Notes under the pieces: generated by a model
Told to the model about the DNA's origin: nothing
What the model saw: the letters and a program-made list of their open reading frames with translations, nothing else
Databases searched by the model: none
Part shown: positions 1 to 12,412 of the stretch, piece by piece
How positions within the stretch are numbered: the stretch's first letter is position 1
Layout of the letters: every line of letters begins with the position of its first letter
From: Cyanophora paradoxa CCMP329
Lineage: Eukaryota > Plantae > Glaucophyta
DNA length: 64,000 bases
Reading direction: 5' to 3'
Assembly: GCA_004431415.1 (NCBI GenBank)
Contig: QPMI01000434.1
Span: 342,278 to 406,277, forward strand
Position numbers and translations under genes: made by a program

Positions 1-2572
1 GTAGGCTTTCATTCCACCCTGACGCGCGCGGGAAGATCCCGAGCTTCGTGAAGGAGCTTCTAACGAACGTGTTCAAGAAGCCCAGCGACGGTGCGATCTC
101 GCGGGACGAGTTCGTTCGCGCTGTCGTCTCGAACGAGCTGCCCGTGCGCCCCCCTCGGAACCTCCCTTAGCTAGCCTCGGCGTGCGACGCCCGGCTCCCA
201 GGGCGTCTCGTTCCTCTTCCGCCTTTCCAAATCGCCGTTCTGCCCCCGGACGCGCTTCCGCTGGCTCCGCGACGCCACAAAGGTCCGCCTGGAGCGCTTC
301 GACCCTGCCACCGTCGGCCTCAACATCGGTGCCCTCCCCTGCCTTCCGCCACGCCCTGGCTTGCGCGCCTCGCCCCTCCCCGCCTGCGGCTTAGCATGCT
401 GCAGGCTACGAGACGCGGTCGGGCCCGGCCCGGCTCATGCCTTCGAACGCGGCCATTGCCGACATTCTCGTGAAGACTCTTTCTGCCGAAGCTGTGCGCT
501 CGCTGCCTTGCACCCCGCCTACTCCTCCTGCCCCCACTCGACGACTCGAGGGCTGTTGACGCGAACGCCCGGCAGTCCGCGCAAGCGCTGCGCGAGCGCA
601 TCCTCGAGACGGCTCCCTCCGGTGCGCCGCGCGGCCGGCCCCGCCGCCCCGCCCGCCCCTCCCTGACCGCCGCGCCGCAGTGCACGATCAGCCGGGCAAG
701 CGCTTCGACGACGCGCACCAGACGATCCTGCACCTGCTCCAGCCGCGCCCTTCCCACCCCGACTGGGGCTTCCAGCCTTTCACCCTCTCTACTGTGCTCA
801 GCCGCGCTGCGAAGTTGCCCCCCGCGCCCCGCTCATGGCCGCGCAGGCCACTCTTGAGAACCTCTGCTTGCAAGCCCGCAAGATTTTCGAAGCCGAGGCG
901 CGTGATGTCGTGCCCACGGGAAGCTCGGTTCCGCCTAACGCTGTACGCCACGCAGGCGAACATTCTGTACCTCGACTCGGCTCCCATCCGCATCTACGGC
1001 GACATTCACGGCCAGTGCGCCGACTCTCCGCCGCCGACGTCGCCGCCCGGTCGCGCCTCACGCGCGCGGGGCAGGTACGAGGACCTGCTGCAGTTCTTCC
1101 ACGCGACCGGGTACCCCGTCGACTTCTGCCCCAACGGCGGTCCGGCCGGCCGCGCCCTCCCTCGAGCGTCCGCCCCGCCTAATGGCCCCGCCAGACATCA
1201 TGTACATGCAGTACCTCTTCATGGGAGACTACGTTGACCGTGGCTGCTACTCCCTCGAGGCGCGCCGCCTCCGCGCCGTGCTCGCCGCCGCCGCGCCTGA
1301 CCCCGCTCGACCCCGCGCCCGCCCCGGCAGGTCGTTGCTCTCCTCTTCGCGCTCAAGATCCGCTGTGCGCTTGCCGTGCGCTGCCCGCACCCGTGGCGTG
1401 GCTTACGGAGCGCCAGATCCGCGCCGGATATTCTTGCTGCGGGGCAACCACGAGGACCGTGACGTCAACACGATCTACGGGTTCCGGCAGGAGTGCGAGG
1501 CGCGTCCGTCCTCCCGGGTCTCCCGGCGCCGTTTTTTGGCGGCCTGCGGCTTACGTGCGCTCCGGAGAACAGGAGCGGCTGGGCAAGTCGGACGGGGCGC
1601 GGATCTGGGAGCTCGTGAACCAGGTCTTCGACCAGCTGCCCATCGCCTGCATCATCGCCGGCGCCATGTTCTGTGTGCACGGCGGCATCGGCCGCGTCAA
1701 GAACCTCCTGCAGGCCCGCCAGCCCCCGTCCTCGCCCCGCCTCGCCTCGCTCGCCGCCGAGCCGGAGGCCCGCAGGTCTTCTCCATCCCCAAGGGCAAGT
1801 CGGTGATGCAGCTGCTGCGGGAGAACATGCGCGCGGAGGCCGAGCTGCTGCAGGCGCGGCCGCCCCGCCCCGTCCCTGCCGCACCCTGCCTGCTGGCCCC
1901 TTCCTGACCGCCCCGCAGGACCTGCTGTGGAGCGACCCGACGCCGGGCGACAGGGACGCCGGAATCCAGGTGCGCTGTACCCCCTTTCAATCGCCTTCCC
2001 GCCCCCGCGCGCTCCGCGCCGAAGCGGGGAGCAGCAAAGCCAGCGGGGGCCCAACACGTGCTACTTCGGGCCGGACATCGCCCGCGCCTTCCTCACGGAG
2101 AACAACCTCCAGGCGCGCCCAGCTTTCCGTTCACCGCCCGGGTTTCTGTCGTCTTACTTTCGCCTTGCATCGTTCCAGTTTATCGTCCGTGCGCACGAAG
2201 TGGTCCCAGACGGCGTCGACTGGCACACAGGCGCGCCCCGCTCCTGGGGCGCCTCACCCGCCTCTCTCTTCCTGACGCCACCCACAGGCGGCCGAGTCAT
2301 TACTGTCTTCTCGGCGACGAATTACTGCGGCCGGGACAACAACAACGGCGCTGTTCTCGAGGTCTGCAGGCGGCGCCGCGGTGCTCGATCGCGCCTCTTA
2401 GGCCCCGTCCCTCCGCAGGTCAGTCTGGCCGACGAGTACGATGCCGACGGGCGGAAGCAGGTCCGCAGATCTTCGGGAGGCGCCCCCGTACCGTCGTCCG
2501 CGTCTCACCCTCGCCGCAGGGGTTCCTGCAGGCGAAGGTCCTCTCTGCTCCCGCTGGCGCAGGAGACGACGG

Positions 2573-2604
<32 letters not shown>

Positions 2605-2976
2605 GCCCCCCCCCCCCCCCCCTCCCTCCCCCCTCCCTCCCCCTCCCCCCCCCCTCTCTTAACGAACGCGAACACGGCGCGCAGGGAGCCAATGTCGCCT
2701 CGGACGCCCGGCTCCTCCGTATCCGTCTCCACCTCCGGCCCTACGCGCTCCGCCAGCCCCGGACCCCTCCCCTCCGCCCAGCGCCCGGCGTCCCCGTCCG
2801 GCTCGAACCAGCAGATCACGAAGGCGAAGGGCCTCTGGATGGTTCGCCCCTTCGGCCCGCCCAGCCCGAGCCGCCGCGTGTTTGAATCCCTTGCGCAGGA
2901 CATTCCGAACCGGAGCCCGACGCCCCCGCGTCAGCGTTCGACCGAGAAGGACCTTGACGCTGACGCCCTCGCATAG
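1..2976 (+). CDS. PPP-family Ser/Thr protein phosphatase, PPKL/BSU1-like catalytic domain; multi-exon, 5' end outside window
   Basis: Spliced exons give GDIHGQ, GDYVDRG, LLRGNHE, CVHGGI, DLLWSDP, IVRAHEVV, ITVFSATNYCG..NNGA and a C-terminal RSPTPPR. EF-hand-like DGAISRDEF near the window start. Confidence 0.85.
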
Positions 2977-3243
2977 CCCCGCAGCCCTGGGCTTGCCTTC
3001 CCCCACGTACTTCACATTCTTCATTAGCACCTAACCCTCAGCCCCGCCCCCTCGCGCTCTTCTTCATAATGCAATTAAGCGTAGAGCACCTGCTGCCGCT
3101 GTATTGCTCGGGCCATGGAGACTGCCACAGGAGCACTTCGTACACAAGGGCTAGACGAGAGGACGAAGGGGACTAGGGGTCACAGGATCTGTCGCACAAT
3201 TGTGCGCCGTGGGGGCTGGGAGGGGATACTGCGTTTAAACCGC

Positions 3244-5078
3244 CTAGAAGGGGCGCGGCCGCTGCTCCCTCCGATCTTGGTGGGGTCGCATGGGGCCGGG
3301 GGCCCCACTGGGGGCGCCAGAGGGAGGAGGGGGTCCGTTGGAAGGGTGTCCGCTGGGCGGGGGTCCGTTGGGAGGGGCGGAGGCGGAGAAGACGAACGGG
3401 GGCTGTGAAGGTTGGGAGGCGGCGTCGCCAGACGGAGGGTTGGGAGGCGTGGGCGAAGGGCCGGTACGCGGGGCTGGGGCTTGGACGGGTCTGGAGGGGG
3501 AGCTGGAGGGATGGGGCTGGGGGGCGGCAAGGGACTGGGCGGCGGCCTGTGGAGGGTGCGACGAGCGCCCACCGCCACTCGAGCCCGCCTGAGATCCATC
3601 GGACGGAGGGGGCGCCTGTCCCGGAGCTCCGCCGCCAGGCTGCTTCGCGGCGCGAAGCGGGCCCGGTTCAGGCAACACGAATGTGGAGAGCACGAAAAGG
3701 GCCCGGTATTATCACCCACTCTAGAAAGGACCCGGGAGTCGGAACTCATCGAAAAACAGCAAACAAGAATGCCGCGATTAAGGCGGCGAATTCAGGAGGG
3801 GCGCGTCTGCTGGCGTCCTTGGATGCGGATCGCAGCAGCGTGACGGGATCGGGTTCAACCCAACCCGTCCCAAGAAAGGGTCTCTGGGAAGAGAACCCAC
3901 CGTTTGCCCGTGACCCGGCCCCCCCTGTCCGCTCTCGTACAGATCAAGGATCTGATTGCTAATGTCTGCAGGCGCCAGTCAGCACCAGCGTGGGCGGGCG
4001 CAGCACGACGGGGAGAGGACAAGCGCACTTTTCATTTCGTCCATCTTCGCGTCAAACATTTGCCACCATGGCGGCCCTTGGCTGTTTTGGCCGTTCTGCA
4101 GGTTGATCCGCAGGAACTTGGCCGCCAGGTAGATAGCCGCCGCCGCGATGATCCGAGGTGCAAACTGCAGGCACAAAGATGTCCGGAAACTGCGCGATGT
4201 TGAAGGTCAGATGTGAAACTTGACCAAGCTTCGCGAGTGACTGTGCTCTACCTGTCGTTCACGAAGTTCCAAGCAACCTGTGCCAGCTCCTTCGTGCCTG
4301 AGGCGTTCAAATAAGTCGAAGAAACAGAGCGCGTCATACATGGCACGCGTGGCGCACCGTCTATCTTCTTTACGTACGCCAGAAGGTGTTTGTACGGATG
4401 TTCTACGGTCAAATCGAACGCGATCGTCTGCAGGAGCACGCGCTCCGTGATGAGGACCTTTTCCTTGAGCTCCCAGAACTCCTGCAATGACGTTAAGCCC
4501 AAAGCGCACAGCGAAGTGCCCCGCGATGGCGCGGACCTGACTTTCCGGCTTCAACTCCTGATGACTCTTGGGGAGCGTCTTGTTCCGCACTTGATAGGTA
4601 ATGGATATCACATCCTTAAGCTTCTTGGGCGTTTCTTCCACTTTGCCAGCCAAAAAAAGGCAAGTGGTGCCCACAATCTTCATGGGGCTCACGTGAGACC
4701 ACCGTATGCCGCGAGCGGCATGGCAGACTCACAAAGCGATCATGCGCCTTGAAAGACTGCCTAATGAAGAACCGGTGGAAGAAGACTATCGCTGTTGCTA
4801 TGGTGATCTGAGGCCTGCGCAACGTGGTCAGCAACTCCTCAAGGCGAGCTATTTGCGCTCCGATGCAAGGGTGAAAACACTCACAACCGCAGTTTCTGTC
4901 CCGAATCGGACATAAACGCGCAGGTCGTCCGACGATACTGGATCTCGATCGTCTCACTGATGCCATCCCGCCGCGAGGGCGACTGTTGAAGCTCCTCCTT
5001 AGAAAAATACCATCGAGCGGACCGTGCATCGGCTGGCCCGGGAACAGGCGAAGCCGATGCCGCCGATTGCGTGGCCAT
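3244..5078 (-). CDS. Cyclin T/K family transcriptional cyclin, multi-exon
   Basis: WYFSKEEL..SPSRRDGI, TIATAIVFFHRFF, CLFLAGKVEETPKKLKDVI, LQTIAFDLTVEHPYK, AWNFVND; Pro-rich C-terminus. Stop position approximate. Confidence 0.88.
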
Positions 5079-5363
5079 TCGCCTGACTCACGCGAACCTC
5101 CCGCCACTCGCGAGCCTTTCGCGCACACCCGACCTCCGAACTCTGTCGGTGCCGAGTCCAGCCTCTCTGAAGAGAGCGGACGGGCGGCGCAAGGCCAAGG
5201 CCACACCTTTGCGAGTGTGCCCGCCGGGCCGCCGAATCCTAACACTCCATGCGAAGAGTGCTGTCCGGAAAGGTAGATTATGGCGCCGGCTGGTCGCCGG
5301 AGACGGAGCAGGCTGCAGCTGAACTAGACAATGTGTACCCCCCCCTCGACACACACGTGCAAA

Positions 5364-5706
5364 GAATTACGATAGCAAATGTTCTATATATAAGCTTAAG
5401 AAGTACCGTAGTACGACCAGATCAATCAATTACGATTCGATGACCATCAAGAATTACGACCAGCGCTGGCCGCAGAGCTAGCCAGCGAGACAAGAATTAC
5501 GACCACCATCAGGATCTCTTGCGGTAGAGCCAAGCCAAGCTCTAAGATCTAAGCTCCAAGATCCACATGTACAAGACACCGCCCAAGGTCTACCGAGCAC
5601 TGCGGCAGCGACCCGAGACCTCCACATGCAGTTTAAGAATTGCGCGGCAGAAGCCGGTAGTCTGACACAAAACCCGAAGTCTGATAAGAACTATACGAAT
5701 ACGATC
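5364..5706. repeat. Cluster of AATTACGA motifs
   Basis: Four exact copies (about 5365, 5428, 5452, 5495) plus degenerate ones; shares AAGAATTACGACCAGC with the cluster at 9.7 kb. Confidence 0.6.
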
Positions 5707-6314
5707 AGAATCGAACTATAAGAACTCCTCCGTCGTCGCCTGTGGGCCCCGACGCGGCAGGCCCCTCTAGCCCCTCGTCGGCCCCATCGTAGTTTGTAGG
5801 AACCCCAGGGGGAAGTTGCGCGCCCCCCTTCAGAGGGCCCTGCCTGCGTCGTCCGCGGCTTCTCGCCCCCGTAGTTAGCACCGCCGCTTCTAGCCTGCGT
5901 TGTCCGCGGCTGGTATGCCAGTGCTATCAATGTGCAGATGTGTGACATTAATATTCATATGCAATGTGCATCTGCGCTATGCATATGACCAAGATCCAGA
6001 GGCCAACGCGAGTCTACTCCAGAGCTCGAGGTCATGATCAACGCGGATAATGCATGCATATGCCGCATGCGCAGTGCATGCCAAAGAAGGCTAGCGCTGA
6101 ACCACGTGCAAGTGTGCACGTGCACGTCACGGCAAGCATCGACTTCAGATCTAGCTAGATAGAGTTTACTTTACTAGTAGCCGTGTCTCGATCGACGCTT
6201 GGCCATGGCCATGGGACGCACTCACGTGATTATTTACAATCTTACAATGACTTACATGTCTTACATGTCTTGGAATACACAGATTCTTGAACGTGAACAC
6301 AGGTGGCCGGGAAA

Positions 6315-8945
6315 TCAACTGGCGATCCCAGCAAGGTGGTCGATGATGAGCTGGAAGCCCTCGAGGTTGGCCATGTTCCTCGAGCACACGGCTTTGCAGA
6401 GGGCCGGCATGTCCGTCTGGAGGTCCGGCGACAAGTGAGTGTGTGGACGAAAGGACTCACAGCACCATGGGACATCACCTCAAGCGAGAGGTGACGGGAG
6501 AGGAACAGGAGAAGATGGAAGTCAGAAATCCTCTCAACATACGGTCTGCAGTTTGGAGTTACAGACAGGGGAAAGGCACGAAAAAGAGTGATACTCTCAG
6601 CACACTTCCGTGAGTTATTAATGAGGTGGATCTGGGGAAAAGAACATGAGAGGTTTGAAAACTGAAAAAAAGTGGAGACAGCACCTTGAGATCAGACTTG
6701 GCAAGTGGATGGCGCCTGTTTTCAATCGGAAATTCGGTTGAAAGATGGCTTCGGTGGTCTCGAATCGGCAGCTACCGGATAAATTGTGAGTGATTATCTA
6801 CGAGCTCAAAACTCATAGACTTGCAAGGCGCTCACCGTCACAAGGAAGAAGGAAGTGTCAACCTGCATGGCATCCGCGCGTTCAACAATCACCGGCTCTC
6901 GTGTGAGGACCACTTTGGGGTCATCATGTGAAGCAACGAGGTAATTGTGCTTGTATAAGTCAATACACTGGTCTGACAGCTGGAAGGCCTCGAAAGAGTA
7001 AGCCTTCTCCTTCGTTTCTACGGGAAACGGTAAGGAGCACCAAACAATAAAAAGGTTCCAAAACTGGGCACCGAAGCACACGAGGGTGACAAAGTGCTTG
7101 CCGAATTTAGCCGACAGTTCTGCTCCCTTGATGACCTCATCTGATGCCATTGAATAGTTGCGGTGGGGATGGGTAAAAATCCACCCGACCTTCGCAAGAA
7201 TAAGCTCAGATGAAGATGCAAAACAGCTATGACTGCAGAGAGTAGCAAATAAATGCCGTACCGGCCGCATCCCCAGGAGAGCCGCAAGCGCTTCCACCTT
7301 GGAGAATTCGGGGTCGTCCTTGAAATGAATCTTGTCTTTCGTGCCAGCCTGGCATGTGCTGTCAGCAGATGGCGACGTTGATCAAGACGACAAATGTTTA
7401 AGAAAACATACTTGTGGTGGCTCGTAGATTGCATCCACCTTGACAGTTGAGTCCGCCTCGGAATAACTGCCGAAGCAGATGCCCACACGCCTCTCTGCAA
7501 AACGGATCTCCTGCAGGTACGCCTACGAGAGAATGTCAGATCGACTGAACAGAAGATCGTAGTCCATGCCAACCTGGAAGTGGTTTGCTGCACTGTAATC
7601 AATGGAGACACCAGCTACGTTAGCATAGTCCTGAGGGAGGAGTGAAAACGGAAGTATTCTGCAAGATGATGCGGTATCTACGAACCTGCGACTTGATCCG
7701 TGGCTTCCGTGCTTCTTCAACAGTCATACACTCAATGCAGGAACCATGGGGCCCTGAGGAATATCAGCAGAACACAGCAAAAAACACAAGCATAGACGAC
7801 GAATGAACAGACCATGATTACGACATCTACGCAAAACGGGCTTCCCCTCTTCTTGCTCCTTTGGCAGGCAGTTCTCGCACATTCCCTTTGGACCGTGGGT
7901 GCACGCTCGCTTCGGCACTTTATCGGCGGGAGCACCCTGCGGAGTGGAACCTCGAATCAGCATTCGGTGCTTTGTTTCGAAGACGAGCAACGCACAATAG
8001 GCTTGTCACCGGCCTTCGGTTCGTCCTTCTCGTCGTCGACACAGTTGGGGCAGACCATATTTGCAGGGTGGGTGCACGGAGGCTTCTTGGCGGCCCACTT
8101 CTTTGTGATCTTGATACAATTCGGGCACTTTGCGCCTGGCCCGTGCTTGCAGAGCCACTCGATCTTTTTACCTGCATAATCTCGGTCATGAACTTCAGAC
8201 CTCTAGCCAGAGCTCGCATACCTGTGGCAGTGGAGTTCATGCAGTTCGGGCATATTGCGCCCGCCCCATGCAGGCATTTCTTCTTCCCCTCCGCAGCATC
8301 CGGCCCCGTTGCCGGAAGGCAGTGAACGCACTTCGCCCCAGGACCATGGATGCACCTAAGAAAGCGCTTGAGACTCGCCCACAGCACGCGAAACTCGAAT
8401 TCAACGCACCGTTTCACGGACCCGGGCGCTTCTGGAGCCGCCGCGACCGGCTGTGCGGCAGCGCTGGTTGAGCCTTGGCCCGCAGCTGGTGCGGCGGACG
8501 ACGGCCCCGCGGCGCTGCCCGACGCGGGGCGCTCGAGTCGCCCGCCGACGGTGGAAGTGACGTGGATCATATCTCCATGCCTGAGCGCACGCTTGAGCTG
8601 CCCTTCACGTGCGCGAATCGCACATCGTACTTCATCTTATAGTGGTCCACAGACTTCGTGTCATCCCGGAAGGTCTCCAGGCCCGCAGGGTCTCGCGCGA
8701 GCACGATGTCATTGGCCGACACGTTGATGAGAGCTGAGAGCTGCAGCGGCACACGATGCGTCAGAGCATCTGAACCACCATTCGAAGGAGAGTGCCAGCG
8801 ACTCGCCTTCTTCTTGACGTTATACAGCGGCTCCGCAGGCTCCACCTCAATACGCTGGATGCCCTCGCGCGTCCTGATGCGCAGGAGCTGCTCGCAGGTC
8901 AGCCTTCGGCGCGCACCGCGCGGGCTCGCGCACTGCCGCCGGCAT
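6315..8945 (-). CDS. NPL4: NPL4 (Cdc48/p97 cofactor), multi-exon
   Basis: N-terminal UBL (LLRIRTREGIQRIEV), six C-x-H...C-x2-C zinc fingers, MPN-like VGWIFTH and EAFQLSDQC, TEFPIENR motif. Confidence 0.85.
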
Positions 8946-9039
8946 TCTCGCTTGCAATTGAACAAACTCGGCCTGTGACACGCGTCTACGGGTACAGCAC
9001 ACACTACGTGCATACGGCACGACTGTCGACGTCGACGCT

Positions 9040-9212
9040 GTGAACAAAGGGTCGGGAGAGTCCTGGGGAACGGAGCCCCTCTATCCGGTCCATGCGATAA
9101 CCGGCGCCGCACAAGACTGTGGGCGGAAGAGGTTGGCCATTGGTGGCCAACCAACCGGAGGGAGAGCTAGCGCTAGCGCTATAGCTAGCGCTAGCTAGCT
9201 ATCATAGTATAG
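9040..9212 (-). ncRNA. Candidate Fanzor omega-RNA-like structured region
   Basis: Immediately 3' of the Fanzor stop. Perfect 9-bp hairpin GGTTGGCCA/TGGCCAACC at 9131-9152, plus further and enclosing stems within 9065-9166. Boundaries inferred. Confidence 0.35.
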
Positions 9213-9669
9213 CTAAAACTGCAGGCGCTGCCTCTTCGCTGGGGACGGGGCCGCCGACGAGGAGCCGGCCGCCTCCGGGTCCGGATCCGGTGCGGGGTCC
9301 GGGGCTCGAGCTGGCATGTCGACGGACGGCACCGGGGCCTGCGCATGCACAAAAACGTTTATCCGGTCAAAGAAACGTTTATCCGGTCAAAGAAACGTGC
9401 AAAAACGTCTCTGACTGCGCACCGTCCGTGCACCGGCAGCCCCAACGACGTCCAGCGGAGGGGCACACCCGTCAGCGTCGTCCACACCCGAGGCCACCCG
9501 AAGCATGATGTTCCTGCGAGCGATGTACACGCAGCGTGAGGGGCAGGAAAACTGGGGCCCCCGGCCGGCGCGTGCACACGCACCGAGCCCCGTTGAAGTC
9601 GCGGTCCATGATCGCCCGGCACGCCGGGCAGCGGAAGACCTTGTTGCCCCGAAGCTTGCTGTGGATGAA
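9213..9669 (-). pseudogene. Fanzor (eukaryotic TnpB) 3' fragment: Zn finger + RuvC-III + NLS, two introns
   Basis: Removing GT-AG introns 9514-9583 and 9339-9422 gives FIHSKLRGNKVFRCPACRAIMDRDFNGARNIMLRVASGVD...PSPAKRQRLQF*. This matches the TnpB/Fanzor F-x-C-x2-C...DRD-x-N-x-A-x-NI signature. 5' truncated. Confidence 0.85.
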
Positions 9670-10076
9670 TTACGACCAGCTAAGAATTACGACCAGCTAA
9701 GAATTACGACCAGCTGCAGGGAGCTAGCCGGCATTTATATATAATTACGATCAGAGCTAAGCAAAGAAGTTGAAGATTACGATGCTCGGAATCACATGAA
9801 TTATAATTACGATGCTCGCAATTACGATCCTTCTCTAGACCTGCCTTGAGCGCAGGGGCGCATGCGGGAGAGGAAAAGTAGGGGGAATTACGATGCTTGC
9901 AACTGGAATTACGACGCTCGCTTAAGCTTTGGGGGGAATTACGATTCACCTAGACCTGCATGCCGGCGCCGTGGATTTACGATCGTCTAGAGAAGACTGA
10001 GAAGACGACTGAGAAGAATTACGATTTCGATCGCCTATCGCCCGCAATTACGATCATCGGATGCCCGGAATTACGT
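9667..10076. repeat. Dense AATTACGA motif cluster (~14 copies, including a triple tandem GAATTACGACCAGCT)
   Basis: Read directly from the sequence; abuts the truncation point of the Fanzor fragment. Confidence 0.75.
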
Positions 10077-10627
10077 TCTTTGCTTAAGCTTGATCTAAGC
10101 GCGCCGAAGCTCCCCTGGCGTTCTCCGGTTCCCCTGCAGAGGCCGCGGCCGCAAGTTTCGACGAACTTCGGAAACTGCGTACGCCCGCCCTGCTCAGGTG
10201 AGCCCGTTGCCACGATTCACACTAGCTAGCGACCTCATGATCAATTGCACTAGCTAGCGACCTCAATTGCAATTGCAAAGCAGCCGGTCCGCTAGACGGA
10301 CCGGTCCGCCAGATCTAGACTCTCAGAGTCTGTTTGCCTTGCCAGCAGTTGCCAAGTTGCCAATTGCAAGTTGGTCTCCTGCTACCTGCATTTGGACATG
10401 TACACGAAATCAAGTCGTCAAGTCCGGGCTACAAGTGTGGGATGTACACTGCGGCCGCCGCAGCCGCCGCAGTGTGTACGTATACGTAACTGCAGAAGGG
10501 AAGACGCCTGCGTACCCGTCCGAACCCGGTACAGAACTCCTGGGGGGGGAGAAGGTGACACCCCGGTACAGCATAGTCTAAAAAACCTAATACAGGAGCA
10601 GCACCGCCGCGCCGTCGTCTCGACAAG

Positions 10628-11686
10628 ATGGCGCTCGCCCAATCGCCTCAGCTTGCGCAACAACGACACCCAGAGCAGCATCAGCAGCACCTCATCGCCC
10701 AGCCGCAGCAGCTAAGGCCCCCCGCGGTTAGCACACCGCGCCGGCCCCGCTCCCTCTCAGCACTGTGCGTGCCGGCGAGTCCCATGCCGGTGCGAGCGCT
10801 CCCGATGCGCCGCAGCGCCTGCGGTTCTGGTTTGACCAGTCTTCAGATGAGTGATGTTGCACTCGATCCACCCCGGCGGCCAAGTGTGGCACGCAAACTG
10901 CTCTTGCCGCGAGAAAGAGTGGCATCTAAGCGCAGCTACAGCAGCTCATGCATCGCTGTAAGCTCGCCGGACACTCCGAGCCAGTTGCTGTCTCGCCTGG
11001 GCAAGGTCGGCGCTCTTAGCTAAAGGGCAAGGTCGGCTCTCTGACCTGATCTGCAGCGCCTGTGCATCTCCGGACTGGAGGCCCTCCCCTCCCGCACTTG
11101 CAGAGAAGGATCGTGGGACGAGGAAGATATCCGCAGGTGCAGCCGCACAATGCTATGAGCTTTTGTGTGCTTCGATGCTGATCTACTCCGCGGCAGTGTT
11201 TTGAGCTCGCGGAGCTCCTGCCCGGATACCTCCCCAACGTCGTCCTCGCTGAACTCACTCGATGTCTCCCCGCTCGGTGGCCTACCGTCGATCTCCTCCA
11301 GCCTTTCAACGCTCTCCAGACTCGCTTCCACCGTTGCTTCCTGTCTTATCTCGTCCGAGAGCACCGGCGCAAGCATCGCCCTGCTCAACAGTGTGCTCCG
11401 CGTGCTCTTCCAGGCGGACGAGTTGATTGCGCACTCGTTTTCTGCAATCAGCACTTCTGTGGCAGAACTGCTTCCTCCCCTTCCGCAAGTCGAACTCGGC
11501 CCCGGCCAGCTCCACAACACCTTGAACAGCACCATCTCGTCCCTCGTCTTGCGTCTCCAGCTCTTCAACACCATGCCTTCCACTTCCCTCTCTGCATCAA
11601 ACCCGTCAGCTCAGAAGGATTTGAACGAGGCTCACTCCTGCTTGTCTCATGCCCTCTTCCTGCTCAAGTCAAACCCCTTCTTGTGA
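10628..11686 (+). CDS. Hypothetical Ser-rich protein (probably spliced or frameshifted)
   Basis: Two consecutive same-strand ORFs (131 and 173 aa); no recognisable domain. Confidence 0.3.
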
Positions 11687-12149
11687 GGCGCCTTCAGCCG
11701 CTTTTAGGGTGGTGCCTCTAGCAGGCAAAGCGCCCTCTTCTTTTTCTAGTTAGCTAGCAAATGGACACGAACTAACTCACAGTTAGCTGGGCAGCCTAGT
11801 TCCCAAGTAGCCAACGCGGGTAGGATAGTCCGACTGTCAGCAGGCAGATAGAATCCCCTTTCCGAGTCCCTTTTTCAGCCAGATGCAATTCCGTAATTTA
11901 TCTGGATCCCGTCCCCAGTGGTCATACTGCACAACCCCAATCGTCATGACAGAAAAGTGGTCAGACGGCCATCATGTACAATTACAGGAAGAATTACAGG
12001 ACTGAGGAGTACAGCATCAGGGTGAAAAAGCCAAGGCCTTCTAAACTTGAAAACATAGCCGCTGTACAAAAGTTGAAGGCCCGGCCCCTGCTGTGCATCA
12101 AGACTTGACAGATCAGACACATACGCATCGAAGGCCTGCTGTGCATCAA

Positions 12150-12376
12150 GACTGCTTGTGTCCGAGGAGGGCATCGAAGTGCGTGCACGAAGATCAGAAG
12201 TCACATCGTCCTCGCTCCGCCACAGGCTCGTGATTGTCTTGGTCTTCGTGAAGAACATCATTCCTGGCGTTACGTGTGGGTGTGAGGCTTGGCCGGGACG
12301 GGGGGAGGGAGGGGGCGGAAGGGGGGAGAGGGGGGAGAGGGGGAAGGGAAAGGAGGGGAAGGGGGGGGGGGGGGGG

Positions 12377-12412
<36 letters not shown>

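Noticed and set aside
2575-2655. Poly-Pro ORF segment from a poly-C run
   Set aside because: Low-complexity, probably intronic tract of unreliable length.
9352-9397. 20-bp tandem duplication AAACGTTTATCCGGTCAAAG as a regulatory site
   Set aside because: Simple duplication inside the second intron of the Fanzor fragment.
11750-11870. Small hairpins after ORF 11686 as a third omega-RNA
   Set aside because: Stems are only 4-5 bp and there is no Fanzor coding remnant upstream.
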